Translations under genes and position numbers: made by a program
Shown: in pieces, positions 19,968-29,762 of the stretch
Numbering within the stretch: position 1 is the stretch's first letter
Layout: every line of letters begins with the position of its first letter
Source of the DNA: a virus
Strand: one strand, 5' to 3'
IMG/VR virus record: IMGVR_UViG_3300030331_006276
Length of the DNA stretch: 64,000 bases
Notes under the pieces: model-generated
Database searches by the model: none
What the model was told of the DNA's origin: nothing
Seen by the model: the letters and a program-made list of their open reading frames with translations, nothing else

Positions 19968-21614
19968 TTAACCTTCACAGGAAGAACATTCATTCAATGA
20001 ACGCGCTAGCTCTTGCGCAGGATTTGCACTTCGTTGATAGTATAGAGACTTAATACCATTTTCCCAAGCCCATACAATAAGTTCATTTACTTCTTTAGGT
20101 TTAGTCTTAGGTGGTACTTGCATATTAATAGATTGACCTTGATCAATATATGGTTGTCGTTGAGCTGCTTGTATAAGTATTTCTTTTTGAGATATCTCAC
20201 CAAAAGTTTTAAATACCTCCTTTTCGTGATCTGTTAAAAATTTTAAATGTTGAACTGATCCTCCCTTTTGCAAAATACTTCTCCATGTAGAAACATCATC
20301 TTTTTCATAACTTTGAAGTACTTTAGTAAGTTCCGGATTTTTATAGGTAAATTTACCTTTAGCTAAATCTTTTGTAAAATAGTTACTATTAAGAGGTTCA
20401 ATAGAAGGACTAATTTGACCCAATATAAAAGAACTACTAGTAGTTGGAGCTACAGCAACTAAACAGCTATTGCGTAGACCATAACCTTCCATCAGAGAAG
20501 GTACTCCATACTCTATTGCCATTTCCTTTGAGGCTGCTGTAGTTCTTTCCTGAATAGTTTTAAAGATAAGAGAGTTTTGTAGTTTAGCTTCCATAGACTC
20601 AAAAGCAATATTTTCTTGCTGTAAATATGAATGCCAACCTAATACTCCAACTCCTAAAGCTCTTTGCGTTACTGCAAACTTATGAGGCGATTCCATATTT
20701 TTAACCCCTCTAGTTTTATTAATAAACTCAGTCATAACCGCATCGAGAAAGTATGTTAGAGTTTCTATAGCATCAGTTTCGACAATCTCTTTCCATTTAG
20801 CAAGATTGAGAGAAGAGAGATCGCATACAAAAGATTCATCTTCTTCCGCAGATAAAAAGATCTCAGTACATAAGTTTGAAGCATGAATACGTTTGTCTTT
20901 ATCTTTATATACTTGTGGAGCGTTGTTATTAGCATTATCGGAAAAAAATATATACGGGTATCCAGATTCATAACGCTTCTTTATAATTTTACCCCATAAA
21001 TTACGCTTCTTTTTATCACCTGCTATCATTGAATTCATCCATTCATCACTTACTGTAACTCCTATAGACAAATCTTGAATAGCATTACCCTCGCCTCTAA
21101 TACCTAAAAATTCTTCTATATCGCCATGATCAATAGGAAGATAAGCAGCAAAAGAACCCCTTCGTACATTGCTTTGTGAAATGTAATTAGTTAAGGCATC
21201 AAAAACAGTTAGTTGGTGATGTACTCCTGTAGATGTACCTCCTGTAGATATTTTAGCTCCTCTATGTCTTACATCTCCAAAATATGCAGATGTGCCCCCT
21301 CCCACTTTTGACATAGTGCCTACTTCAGCTATCTTACCTAAAATTTGTTCCATATCATCCGGAATGTAGGATCCAAAGCAAGAAATAGGCAGACCTCTAT
21401 CTCTGCCAAAATTTGACCAAATAGGAGATGAAAGAGAGTAGAAACCTCTATGCATATAATCTATAAATTTTTCTGCCCACCCATCAATGCCTAAATATTC
21501 TTGCGCTTTGTACGCAATATCTTCTATTCGTTTTTCGGGATCTTCACCGGGCAGTAAGTATCCTCTTTCAAGAAACTTACGAGAATCTTCGTTAAGCCAA
21601 TATATGTCACTCAT
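19968..21614 (-). CDS. nrdA: Class I ribonucleotide reductase alpha subunit
   Basis: PISCF, SNLCTEI, VCDLSSLN, APTTSSS, KSLYY, C-terminal CSSC; no intein or intron seen. Confidence 0.97.
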   Translation of the reverse strand: MSDIYWLNEDSRKFLERGYLLPGEDPEKRIEDIAYKAQEYLGIDGWAEKFIDYMHRGFYSLSSPIWSNFGRDRGLPISCFGSYIPDDMEQILGKIAEVGTMSKVGGGTSAYFGDVRHRGAKISTGGTSTGVHHQLTVFDALTNYISQSNVRRGSFAAYLPIDHGDIEEFLGIRGEGNAIQDLSIGVTVSDEWMNSMIAGDKKKRNLWGKIIKKRYESGYPYIFFSDNANNNAPQVYKDKDKRIHASNLCTEIFLSAEEDESFVCDLSSLNLAKWKEIVETDAIETLTYFLDAVMTEFINKTRGVKNMESPHKFAVTQRALGVGVLGWHSYLQQENIAFESMEAKLQNSLIFKTIQERTTAASKEMAIEYGVPSLMEGYGLRNSCLVAVAPTTSSSFILGQISPSIEPLNSNYFTKDLAKGKFTYKNPELTKVLQSYEKDDVSTWRSILQKGGSVQHLKFLTDHEKEVFKTFGEISQKEILIQAAQRQPYIDQGQSINMQVPPKTKPKEVNELIVWAWENGIKSLYYQRSANPAQELARSLNECSSCEG

Positions 21615-21628
21615 AATAATTAAATCTT

Positions 21629-22612
21629 CTAGAATAGATCATCTTCGTCAAATGACTGACTTTTCTTAGAATACTCTACAGGACGAGAGTGAAAGAAATC
21701 AGTCATATTGTTACCGAGAAGCTCTTCTTCAAACCACATTGTAGCCTCTAGAAGTTCATTATCAACGTCAAATACAGGTTTAAATCCTATTTGTTCAAGA
21801 GAAGAATTAATTCTATTCTTTATAAATTCTTTAACAGTTAGAGCATCAAGCCCAGGCTCTTTAATACCATTAATCATCCAATCAACTATCTTGGCTTCAG
21901 AATTATATGCTTCAACTGCTTCTCCTCTAATTCTTTCCTCTAGCTCTTCATCGAATAATTCCGGCATTTCATCTCTGATAGTATTAATAATTTTTATACC
22001 TACTAAAGCATGAATATTTTCTTCATTACGGGTATACTTAACTTGCTGATCAGTATCTTTTAATACATTTTTAAATCTAGCAAACCAATTTATTACATAA
22101 AATTGAGAAAATAAAGAAACGTTTTCAACAAATAAAGTAAATAGAGTTAATGCATATAGATATTGCTTTTTAGAACTGCTATAAAACTTATGAGTATATT
22201 TTCTGAGATACTTAACTCGACCTTGAATAAAGTCGAGTTTTAAATTTTCCTCAAAAATATCTTCCATATCAAGTACTGTTAAAAGTCTTTCATATGCATT
22301 GTTATGTATTACCTCAGTATTAGCCATAACATAACCTAAATCTTGAAGAGCAGGGTGAGGTAAATTTTCACCTAACTTAGCCCAAAAACTTTTAACTGCA
22401 ACTTCAATTTGACCAATAGCAGATAATACTCTTACAATAATTTCTCTTTCTTGCTCAGAAAGCTGCGTTTTAAATTGTTGGACATCAGACGTAAAAGAAA
22501 ACTCTTTATCGGTCCAGAAACCATTATGCATAGCTTCAATAAATTGTTCTGTCCAGGGGTAAAGATTAGGCTTGCGAGATAGCTGCTCTGTGAATATAGT
22601 ATTCCCGTCCAT
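21629..22612 (-). CDS. nrdB: Class I ribonucleotide reductase beta subunit
   Basis: HNGFW, EVIHNNAY, ENVSLFSQF, EENIH, DFFHSRPVEY. Confidence 0.97.
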   Translation of the reverse strand: MDGNTIFTEQLSRKPNLYPWTEQFIEAMHNGFWTDKEFSFTSDVQQFKTQLSEQEREIIVRVLSAIGQIEVAVKSFWAKLGENLPHPALQDLGYVMANTEVIHNNAYERLLTVLDMEDIFEENLKLDFIQGRVKYLRKYTHKFYSSSKKQYLYALTLFTLFVENVSLFSQFYVINWFARFKNVLKDTDQQVKYTRNEENIHALVGIKIINTIRDEMPELFDEELEERIRGEAVEAYNSEAKIVDWMINGIKEPGLDALTVKEFIKNRINSSLEQIGFKPVFDVDNELLEATMWFEEELLGNNMTDFFHSRPVEYSKKSQSFDEDDLF

Positions 22613-22635
22613 TCTTAATATTCCTATATTAAAGA

Positions 22636-22869
22636 TTAAACAGGTACTGTTGTTTTAAGACCACCACCAGGTAGAGAGAAGGTTTTTACTTGCTTTTTTC
22701 CTCCTGCGCTTTCTACCGTAACTGTCATTAAATGACCCGACATATATGGTTGTGAAACTATATTACCACCAACAGTAATAACTCTATATAACTTCCCTGT
22801 TCCTGCTTCGAATATTTTTACTGTACTATTCGAGCCCTGCTGTGCGATAAATTGTTTAGTCTTGTTCAT
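22636..22869 (-). CDS. Hypothetical protein
   Basis: 77-aa ORF packed in the operon. Confidence 0.65.
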   Translation of the reverse strand: MNKTKQFIAQQGSNSTVKIFEAGTGKLYRVITVGGNIVSQPYMSGHLMTVTVESAGGKKQVKTFSLPGGGLKTTVPV

Positions 22870-23224
22870 AGTTTCTGATATTATTTATAAAAGTAGTTAC
22901 CTCAGGATCGGATTTATGTGTAGCAAAGTTTAAAGTATTTGAGATTTTTTTAGCAGTTTGCGATGCTTGAACTTTATGAAATTCAATAAGTTCTGCAACC
23001 TCGGGAGAATCTGCATTTGGAAGACCTTCAATATCTACATTTAATATATTTCTTATTTCTTGTATTGAGTATCCTTTATTCAAATAATTTTTTGCTTTCT
23101 GTGTTATAAAATATTTCTTCAAGTTTGCTTCGTCCGTATAATCAGATACTTTTTTATCATAGTAATCTTGACCATACGTATAACTCTTCCCAGTAATTAA
23201 ACACGTAATTTTTCTACTAGCCAT
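22856..23224 (-). CDS. Hypothetical protein
   Basis: Start taken at MASRKITCLITGK. Confidence 0.65.
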   Translation of the reverse strand: MASRKITCLITGKSYTYGQDYYDKKVSDYTDEANLKKYFITQKAKNYLNKGYSIQEIRNILNVDIEGLPNADSPEVAELIEFHKVQASQTAKKISNTLNFATHKSDPEVTTFINNIRNYEQD

Positions 23225-23240
23225 ACCTTTATATTTTAAT

Positions 23241-23693
23241 CTATTCCCACGGAAAAACAATCCACTTGTCATCAGGTACTACCAGTCCATAATGATCTAT
23301 CCTATCAGTATGTTTTTCTTTAGTATAAATGCACGCTGTAGTATAGTTAATAGCTCCAAGTCCTAATCGTGTAGTAACTTCTTTCATAGTATCACCTGTA
23401 TCACAAATATCATCAACAATAAGAATATGCAAATTATCATTGTTTTCAGATAGTTCATAGAAATTTATAGACTGGGTTAAATGAAAATTTTCAGTCTTTT
23501 TTGTACCTTCGTACGAGCTAATACCATAAGATAAAAGAGGTTTATCTAATACATAACTAATTATTGTGGCTGGAATTAAACCACCTCTCGCAAGCCCAAC
23601 AACATGAGTAATGTTATCTTTCAGCCTTTCTGCTATTGTACGTGCATAAAAATTAATTTCATTATAAGAAACTAAAAATTCTTTCATATACAA
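23241..23693 (-). CDS. Type I phosphoribosyltransferase (xanthine/guanine PRT-like)
   Basis: GLARGGLIPA, LIVDDICDTGDT (PRPP loop), WIVFPWE. Confidence 0.9.
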   Translation of the reverse strand: MYMKEFLVSYNEINFYARTIAERLKDNITHVVGLARGGLIPATIISYVLDKPLLSYGISSYEGTKKTENFHLTQSINFYELSENNDNLHILIVDDICDTGDTMKEVTTRLGLGAINYTTACIYTKEKHTDRIDHYGLVVPDDKWIVFPWE

Positions 23694-23742
23694 ATTATAT
23701 TATTAACCTTTTATTTTTCAATCGTTTGCAATAAATATATAC

Positions 23743-24135
23743 GTGAGCAACGACTTTGAAAAGATACAACAGATTTACGAAGAAGGCTTTCGAGGTCAAT
23801 ACGCACAGTTAAGAAACTATGGTCCAAATTTAAAATATACTCCTGGTGAAGCTCCTCCAGGTTATACGTTAACTAATACACCTGGGCACCTACCTTTTCA
23901 AAATCCTTACTCTGGTTATCAACGCCCTGCTGGTGGTGAAGGAGCGTTACAAGGAATAACTGCCCCTATCGATGAAGAAATTAAAGCAGTTCAGATCTTA
24001 AATAAAGATGTTATTCAAAAAATTGAAGAGTTACAAGAGGAAGCAGATGAAGATGGAATGGGCTATGCAAATATACTTTTAGGTAGATTAAAGGAATATA
24101 TTAAAGATGATCTTACTCCGAAGGGTACACCTTAG
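23743..24135 (+). CDS. Late hypothetical protein (possible internal head protein)
   Basis: ATAAATA promoter then GTG; acidic. Confidence 0.6.
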   Translation: MSNDFEKIQQIYEEGFRGQYAQLRNYGPNLKYTPGEAPPGYTLTNTPGHLPFQNPYSGYQRPAGGEGALQGITAPIDEEIKAVQILNKDVIQKIEELQEEADEDGMGYANILLGRLKEYIKDDLTPKGTP

Positions 24136-24391
24136 ATAATAATATACTATTAATAAGGTATAAAAAATAACAAGTGGCGCTACTGTATAAAGCAAATATT
24201 ATACAATTATAATTAGTTAAAGCGCCTATACTTAACCCAGTCCAAAAACCTGTACATAACGAACAATTAAGTAAATTTTTAAAAAAAGAAATCTTACAAA
24301 GGCGATCTCTAAAAAAGTTTAAAATTTTACCCTCCATTAATATATAACAGAGGCCATAAGATGCAAAAGTATAAAATAATAAATTAGCCAT
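24113..24391 (-). CDS. DUF1360-like membrane protein
   Basis: LLNCSLCTGFW within TM segments. Confidence 0.6.
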   Translation of the reverse strand: MANLLFYTFASYGLCYILMEGKILNFFRDRLCKISFFKNLLNCSLCTGFWTGLSIGALTNYNCIIFALYSSATCYFLYLINSILLSKVYPSE

Positions 24392-24584
24392 TTAAGAGCT
24401 GTTGATCGTCGTCAATGGTATTAACAGCATCGCCCATAAGTTTGAGCTCTTCTTTTTTCACAACAATAGCATTACCATCATCATCAGTTACCTTATAGTG
24501 GTCGTCGTCAATTTTTTCAACAACCGGGCAACCAGACTTCCCGCAACATACTCTTACACTACTTTCTGTGAGTCTTTTAATCAT
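24384..24584 (-). CDS. Hypothetical protein
   Basis: CCGKSGCP motif; late promoter upstream. Confidence 0.6.
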   Translation of the reverse strand: MIKRLTESSVRVCCGKSGCPVVEKIDDDHYKVTDDDGNAIVVKKEELKLMGDAVNTIDDDQQLLNG

Positions 24585-24588
24585 ATAA

Positions 24589-25329
24589 TTATTTATTAAA
24601 AGCTGCTTGTAATGCACTTTTTATTCGATCTTCTGCACGAGAATCTACATCATCTTTTCTACCTGGAGAAATTTCTCTATGTGTAGTTACGGTTGATAAA
24701 TCTTTAGGCCATCCCCATTTTTCAAATCTTGGTACTAACCACTCAATAGCTGAAGCAACTTCATCATCAGTTAATTCCCTTGTATTAGTATTACCGCTAA
24801 ATGATAACCCAAGTAAAAAACCATTACAATTAGTTCTACCATTAAAATTAGATTTACCTGCGTGCCAACATCTACGATCATCATCAGCAAAAATTGTTCT
24901 TTCTCCATTTGTATCTATAATGCAATGGTATGATACTTGTGACTTAGATTGACATATCCAGCTTACTGACCCAGCATAAGAACCAGATGAATGATGTAGT
25001 ACAACTCCTTCAGGTCTAATTTTAGAGGAAGAAATATTAGGTGAGGGTTTACTTACTTCTGGATACGATCCATCAACAGCACTCGAGGTAATTTCTACAA
25101 CAGCAGGTTTTTCAGTTAACCCTAGTGCTTCTAAAATAGTATTTGCTGTATTGGGTCCATAAGCTCCATCTACTAAAGAATCTGTTTTCTTTTGAATTAT
25201 TTTTGTTAATTCTTCTTTTGTAAAATTTAATTTACTAATAATTTTTGTAGCGGTATTTTTACCATACACACCATCTGCTGTCGCTCCAACAGCTTCTTGA
25301 ATTTTTTTTGTTGTATCTTTAAGTGCCAT
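24589..25329 (-). CDS. N-acetylmuramoyl-L-alanine amidase endolysin with PG-binding repeats
   Basis: DGVYGKNT/DGAYGPNT; VLHHS; SYHCII; CWHAG; HREISPGRKDD. Confidence 0.92.
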   Translation of the reverse strand: MALKDTTKKIQEAVGATADGVYGKNTATKIISKLNFTKEELTKIIQKKTDSLVDGAYGPNTANTILEALGLTEKPAVVEITSSAVDGSYPEVSKPSPNISSSKIRPEGVVLHHSSGSYAGSVSWICQSKSQVSYHCIIDTNGERTIFADDDRRCWHAGKSNFNGRTNCNGFLLGLSFSGNTNTRELTDDEVASAIEWLVPRFEKWGWPKDLSTVTTHREISPGRKDDVDSRAEDRIKSALQAAFNK

Positions 25330-25382
25330 ATAATTATTTATTTAACATGTTGTAAAATGTACTATTGCGGATAAATACTTTT

Positions 25383-25640
25383 ATGGATATGATACTTGAC
25401 TTTATTAGTGAAAAGCCTTGGTTCGGTTTAGTAGCAGCTATTATTGCTGCTGCTGCTGCTTTTTGTGCTGCAACACCAACACCTAAAGAAGGTACTTGGG
25501 TTTCAAAAATTTACAAAGCTGTAGAATTTTTAGCACTCAATATCGGTAAAGCAAAAGCAAAAGCCGCAGTAGAAGAAAAAGTTGAAGATACTGTAAAAGA
25601 TGCAGTTGCTGACGCTGTTAAAAAAGCTACTAAAAAGTAA
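25383..25640 (+). CDS. Putative holin-like membrane protein
   Basis: Hydrophobic N-terminus; AATPTPKE...YKAVEFLALNIGKAK; next to the endolysin. Confidence 0.55.
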   Translation: MDMILDFISEKPWFGLVAAIIAAAAAFCAATPTPKEGTWVSKIYKAVEFLALNIGKAKAKAAVEEKVEDTVKDAVADAVKKATKK

Positions 25641-25646
25641 TTAACT

Positions 25647-25919
25647 ATGGCTGGTGGTTTAATAAAAGGTGCTTTACGTGCCTTAGTAGCGTACTTTGAA
25701 TTAAGAAATAGAACGCATTATCACCGAGTAGTTACTGAATCTAGAGACAAACAAAAAAAACTTATTAATGAAATTGAAACATTACGCACTGCTGGTGACG
25801 TCGATTCTAATGATAGGGCTGACATCTTGCGGGACGAGCTCCTCGACGAAAAGCGGCACCTTGAACATCTATCAGCCTTCTACCTTAAATCTGTCGAAGG
25901 GAGTTCCGATACAAAGTAA
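25647..25919 (+). CDS. Putative inner-membrane spanin (Rz-like)
   Basis: N-terminal anchor and helical body; overlapped by a lipoprotein ORF. Confidence 0.55.
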   Translation: MAGGLIKGALRALVAYFELRNRTHYHRVVTESRDKQKKLINEIETLRTAGDVDSNDRADILRDELLDEKRHLEHLSAFYLKSVEGSSDTK

Positions 25920-26019
25920 AGAAGGAGTTTACACTCCACAAACAGATGAAGTATGGCATTCTGATGCCCGATTTCGAAAGCTTGAAAGACAGCTTTATTT
26001 CGCACCTTCAGGTAAATAA
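25768..26019 (+). CDS. Putative outer-membrane lipoprotein spanin (Rz1-like)
   Basis: Lipobox LTSC; 152-bp overlap with the previous ORF in another frame. Confidence 0.65.
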   Translation: MKLKHYALLVTSILMIGLTSCGTSSSTKSGTLNIYQPSTLNLSKGVPIQSKEGVYTPQTDEVWHSDARFRKLERQLYFAPSGK

Positions 26020-26219
26020 TGGGTAAAGGAGACAAACCTAGACCGTTATCAATAACATATAAAAAATATAGCGATAACTGGGAAGCTATATTTGGTAAAA
26101 AACAAGATGATGTTATTGAGGAAGAAGCTCTTTGGGATGAAGAGAAAAGTGAAAAGCGTATTGACATTATAGGTAAAAACGGTAATGACGGTCTTCATTA
26201 TGATAAAATAGATGAATGA
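26019..26219 (+). CDS. Small phage protein
   Basis: MGKGDKPRP...NWEAIFG. Confidence 0.65.
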   Translation: MGKGDKPRPLSITYKKYSDNWEAIFGKKQDDVIEEEALWDEEKSEKRIDIIGKNGNDGLHYDKIDE

Positions 26220-26415
26220 TTTAGAAGAGCTTATACTACCACAAGATCTTAAAATGTGGGCTAAAAGTGCAGGTCGTAAATTTTTAGAAGCGCAAGAAAA
26301 AATAAAAAGCTTATCTACAAAAAATATATCTGCTAGTGCTTATTGGATTAAAGATAGTAATGTTGCAATTTTAACTGAAGATGGTAAAATGTATACGTAT
26401 GGCAAAAAAGACTAA
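26212..26415 (+). CDS. Hypothetical protein
   Basis: Overlapping operon ORF. Confidence 0.55.
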   Translation: MNDLEELILPQDLKMWAKSAGRKFLEAQEKIKSLSTKNISASAYWIKDSNVAILTEDGKMYTYGKKD

Positions 26416-26539
26416 CAGCACAACTTGGAAAGTAAACGATAAGAAACCCAAAAAAACACGCCAGGGTATAAGTAGAAATTCTAAGGGGCATAAAAAATAT
26501 CGCGGTCAAGGAGGCCGGCCAAAACGAAGAAATAAGTAG
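26399..26539 (+). CDS. 46-aa basic protein
   Basis: Hand-translated MAKKTNSTTWK...KKYRGQGGRPKRRNK. Confidence 0.6.
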   Translation: MAKKTNSTTWKVNDKKPKKTRQGISRNSKGHKKYRGQGGRPKRRNK

Positions 26540-26570
26540 TTTTCTACGTTAAAGACATATAAATATTGTT

Positions 26571-28313
26571 ATGGTTAAAGCTATAACAATATTTTTGTGT
26601 TTATTTTGTTCAAATATATTAGCTGATCAATCTATTAACTATAGTAGAGAAATAGATAAAATAATTGCTAATGATTTAAGGAATAAAAAAATTGAATTGC
26701 CTGTTGTTGTTAATCCATACGTATTTGTTAGAAGAGCATATATCGATATAGCAGGTAGAATACCAACATATGAAGAGTGGAAAGCATTTTTAAAAAGACC
26801 TGATCGTAAAAAACTAATTGAGGATCTACAAAATTCAAAAGGTTATACAGAAAATATGTTTAACTTTTATGCTGATCTTTTAAGAATTAAAAGAAGGCTA
26901 TCTAATAATATAGATGGTGATACGTATATATCATGGGTAAAAGATGAAATAGCTAACAATACCCCATATGATAAATTTATTACCAAGCTACTAACAGCAA
27001 AAGGTAATATATGGAGTAATCCTGAAGTAGGTTACTTTCTTAGAGATGATGGCATGCTGCTAGATAATGTAAGTAATACTTTTCAAGCTTTTGCTGGTAT
27101 GAATATAAATTGTGCTCAGTGTCATGATCATCCGTTTGATGATTGGACGCAAATGGATTATTATAATATGACAGCATTTTTTACACAACTTAATACAAGA
27201 GGGGATAAAGAAAGTAAAAAACAATTTCAAAGGTTAAGAAAAGAAGCTGAAGTATTAGATAAATCAGGTAAACAAAAAGGAGCTATAAATAGAGTTGGTC
27301 AATTTTATAGACATGGTTATCAACCTACTATAGTTGAAGATAAAAATAAAGAACTCAAACTTCCACATGATTATAAGTATAGAGATGCAGATCCAGGAGA
27401 AGTAGTTAAAGCAGAAACAGCTCTAGGAGATAGAGTAAAAGAAAAACGTAAAAGAGAAGGTCTTAGAGAAAGCTTTGCTGTATGGTTAACTAGTGAGAAT
27501 CATCCTACATTCGCTGCTAATATAGTAAATCGTTTATGGAATAGAGCATTTGGATTTCCTCTTATAGATAATTTAAATGAGGTTGCTTTATTTGATGAAT
27601 TAAAAGAAAGTCGTAATACAAGATTGACAGAATATTTAATTCGTACTATAAAAGAAGTAAATTACGATATAAAGAAATTTAATTCAATACTTTATAATAC
27701 TAAATTTTATCAAGCTAAAATAGATACCGAAAATAAATTTCAAGGCCCGGTATTGAGAAGAATGACTAGTGCTCAATTATGGGATTCAATAGTTACTCTA
27801 TATCAAGGTGATCCAGATAAATGGCAACCAAAAGATAAAAAACAAGATTATATTAATTTATTCTCTAACTTAGAATCAATTACTGCTGAAGAAGCTCTTA
27901 AAAAATGGGATGAATATGGTAAGATAAAAGGAAGTTATTATAATGGTGCTCCAAAAATAAAAGGTCAATTAGTAGTTAGATCTTCTCAAATATTTGAAGG
28001 TAAACATTCTAACTTTATGAGAGAGTTTGGAAGATCAGATAGAGAGCTTATTGAGACAGGAAATGAACAGCCTAATATTACGCAAATTTTAAACTTAATG
28101 AATGGCGAAATAACAAAAGCTTTACAGGATACTAATAGTTATATTGCTAATCAAGCTAAAGACGTAGAGCGAGATATAGGAATGAATATTATTTTTGTAT
28201 CTTATATTGGTAGAGCTCCTAATGATAGAGAAAGAGAATTATTTAAAGATGCCACTTTTGCAGATATAGTATGGATATTAATTAACTCGCATGAATTTAA
28301 ACTTATAAACTAA
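26571..28313 (+). CDS. DUF1549/DUF1553 (PSD1/PSD2) PVC-type secreted protein
   Basis: Signal peptide; FVRRAYIDIAGRIPT; NCAQCHDHPFDDWTQ; NIVNRLW; FGRSDRE; LILNSHEF-like C-terminus. Confidence 0.92.
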   Translation: MVKAITIFLCLFCSNILADQSINYSREIDKIIANDLRNKKIELPVVVNPYVFVRRAYIDIAGRIPTYEEWKAFLKRPDRKKLIEDLQNSKGYTENMFNFYADLLRIKRRLSNNIDGDTYISWVKDEIANNTPYDKFITKLLTAKGNIWSNPEVGYFLRDDGMLLDNVSNTFQAFAGMNINCAQCHDHPFDDWTQMDYYNMTAFFTQLNTRGDKESKKQFQRLRKEAEVLDKSGKQKGAINRVGQFYRHGYQPTIVEDKNKELKLPHDYKYRDADPGEVVKAETALGDRVKEKRKREGLRESFAVWLTSENHPTFAANIVNRLWNRAFGFPLIDNLNEVALFDELKESRNTRLTEYLIRTIKEVNYDIKKFNSILYNTKFYQAKIDTENKFQGPVLRRMTSAQLWDSIVTLYQGDPDKWQPKDKKQDYINLFSNLESITAEEALKKWDEYGKIKGSYYNGAPKIKGQLVVRSSQIFEGKHSNFMREFGRSDRELIETGNEQPNITQILNLMNGEITKALQDTNSYIANQAKDVERDIGMNIIFVSYIGRAPNDRERELFKDATFADIVWILINSHEFKLIN

Positions 28314-29515
28314 TGAAAAGAAGAACATTTATACACACCCTCGCAGCATCTACATACGGCTTAAAAGCAATAGATGCAAAAGAAGTTCCTATAGCTTCAA
28401 AAGCTAAAAATGTAATTTATATTTGTTTAGATGGGGGCATGAGCCATATCGATACTTTCGACCCTAAAGATGATAAAGATGTAATGGGTAATACTACAAA
28501 AATTAGTACCAATGTTAGTGGTATTGAATTAGGTAATCGATTACCAAAATTAGCTAATATAGTAGATAAGATGTCAATTATACGCTCTACTACCTCTAAG
28601 ACAGGGGCTCACGAGCAAGCTCAATATTTAAATAGAACTTCTTATAGACAAATAGGTTCTATAGTACATCCAAGCTTAGGGTCGTGGGTAGCACATATTC
28701 AAGATAGAGAAAGAGATATACCTGATTATGTTTTGATATCAGGTTCATCAGCTCACCCTAACTCGGGCTTTTTGCCAAAAGTAAAGTCTCCTCTACCTAT
28801 AGTGGATCCTCAGGGGGGTTTAAAAAATAGTAAAGTAGATAGTAAACTTGAAGAGCGTATGCGTATACTACGAGAGCTTAATAGCAGCTTAAAGGCTCCG
28901 CTTGCTTCAGAGTATAATCAGTTCTATGATAATACTGTTAGATTTTTAAAGTCTAAAGATTTAGAGCTATTTGATTTAACTAAAGAAAGTTCAGACATTC
29001 GTGCGAAATATGGGGATACTAGATTAGGTCAAGGTTGCTTACTAGCTAAGAGACTTATTAAAGGTGATATAAAATTTATAGAGATTAATAATGGAGGATG
29101 GGATACGCATGTTGATAACTTTACTAAGTTAGATAATAAGCTTAAAGAAGTAGATGATGCACTAAGCGCATTAGTTTTAGATTTAGATAGTGAAGGTTTA
29201 TTAGATTCAACTCTTATTGCTTTAGTAACTGAATTTGGAAGAACTCCAAATATTAACGTTAATGAAGGTAGAGATCACCATCCTCAATGTTACTCTACTG
29301 TTCTTATAGGTGCTGGGGTGAAGGGTGGTTATATAGCTGGAGAAACTAATAAAACTGCTTCTAAAGTAACCAAAGATCCTTATACTATATCTGATATAAA
29401 TGCTACTATAGCTCATTTACTAGGTATACAAACTGAAGAAGATAGATTATCACCTAGTGGTCGTCCATTTAAAGTTGCTAATAAGGGGGATGTTATAAAA
29501 GATATATTAGGATAA
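28313..29515 (+). CDS. DUF1501 family protein
   Basis: Tat-like MKRRTF; LDGGMSHIDTFDPK; GGWDTH; EFGRTP; GRDHHP. Confidence 0.93.
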   Translation: MKRRTFIHTLAASTYGLKAIDAKEVPIASKAKNVIYICLDGGMSHIDTFDPKDDKDVMGNTTKISTNVSGIELGNRLPKLANIVDKMSIIRSTTSKTGAHEQAQYLNRTSYRQIGSIVHPSLGSWVAHIQDRERDIPDYVLISGSSAHPNSGFLPKVKSPLPIVDPQGGLKNSKVDSKLEERMRILRELNSSLKAPLASEYNQFYDNTVRFLKSKDLELFDLTKESSDIRAKYGDTRLGQGCLLAKRLIKGDIKFIEINNGGWDTHVDNFTKLDNKLKEVDDALSALVLDLDSEGLLDSTLIALVTEFGRTPNINVNEGRDHHPQCYSTVLIGAGVKGGYIAGETNKTASKVTKDPYTISDINATIAHLLGIQTEEDRLSPSGRPFKVANKGDVIKDILG

Positions 29516-29516
29516 T

Positions 29517-29759
29517 ATGAGGAAAGGTACAACGCTAATTGAAAATATAACTGTAATTTTATGTATTGCTGTTTTAATTTCAATTTTAGTACCTGCAGCA
29601 GGAAAAGTCTATTATATTTTTCAGCGTATGATGATTGATGATAAACTATATACAGATAAAGAAGATCCTAATAATTATATTAAAAGAGAAAGTGATGGTC
29701 TTTTTTATCACTTAAACTATCATAATAAAAAAAGCGGCTTTCGCGGAGAAGGCTTCTAG
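29517..29759 (+). CDS. Prepilin-type N-terminal cleavage/methylation peptide
   Basis: MRKG|TTLIE followed by a hydrophobic helix ...ISILVPA. Confidence 0.65.
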   Translation: MRKGTTLIENITVILCIAVLISILVPAAGKVYYIFQRMMIDDKLYTDKEDPNNYIKRESDGLFYHLNYHNKKSGFRGEGF

Positions 29760-29762
29760 TTC

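Noticed and set aside
13721-26219. Genome-wide TGA reassignment as the explanation of the 50387 TGA
   Set aside because: TGA ends well-defined genes, including ones overlapping the next start codon (13722-13724, 26217-26219) and the cyclase (15776-15778).
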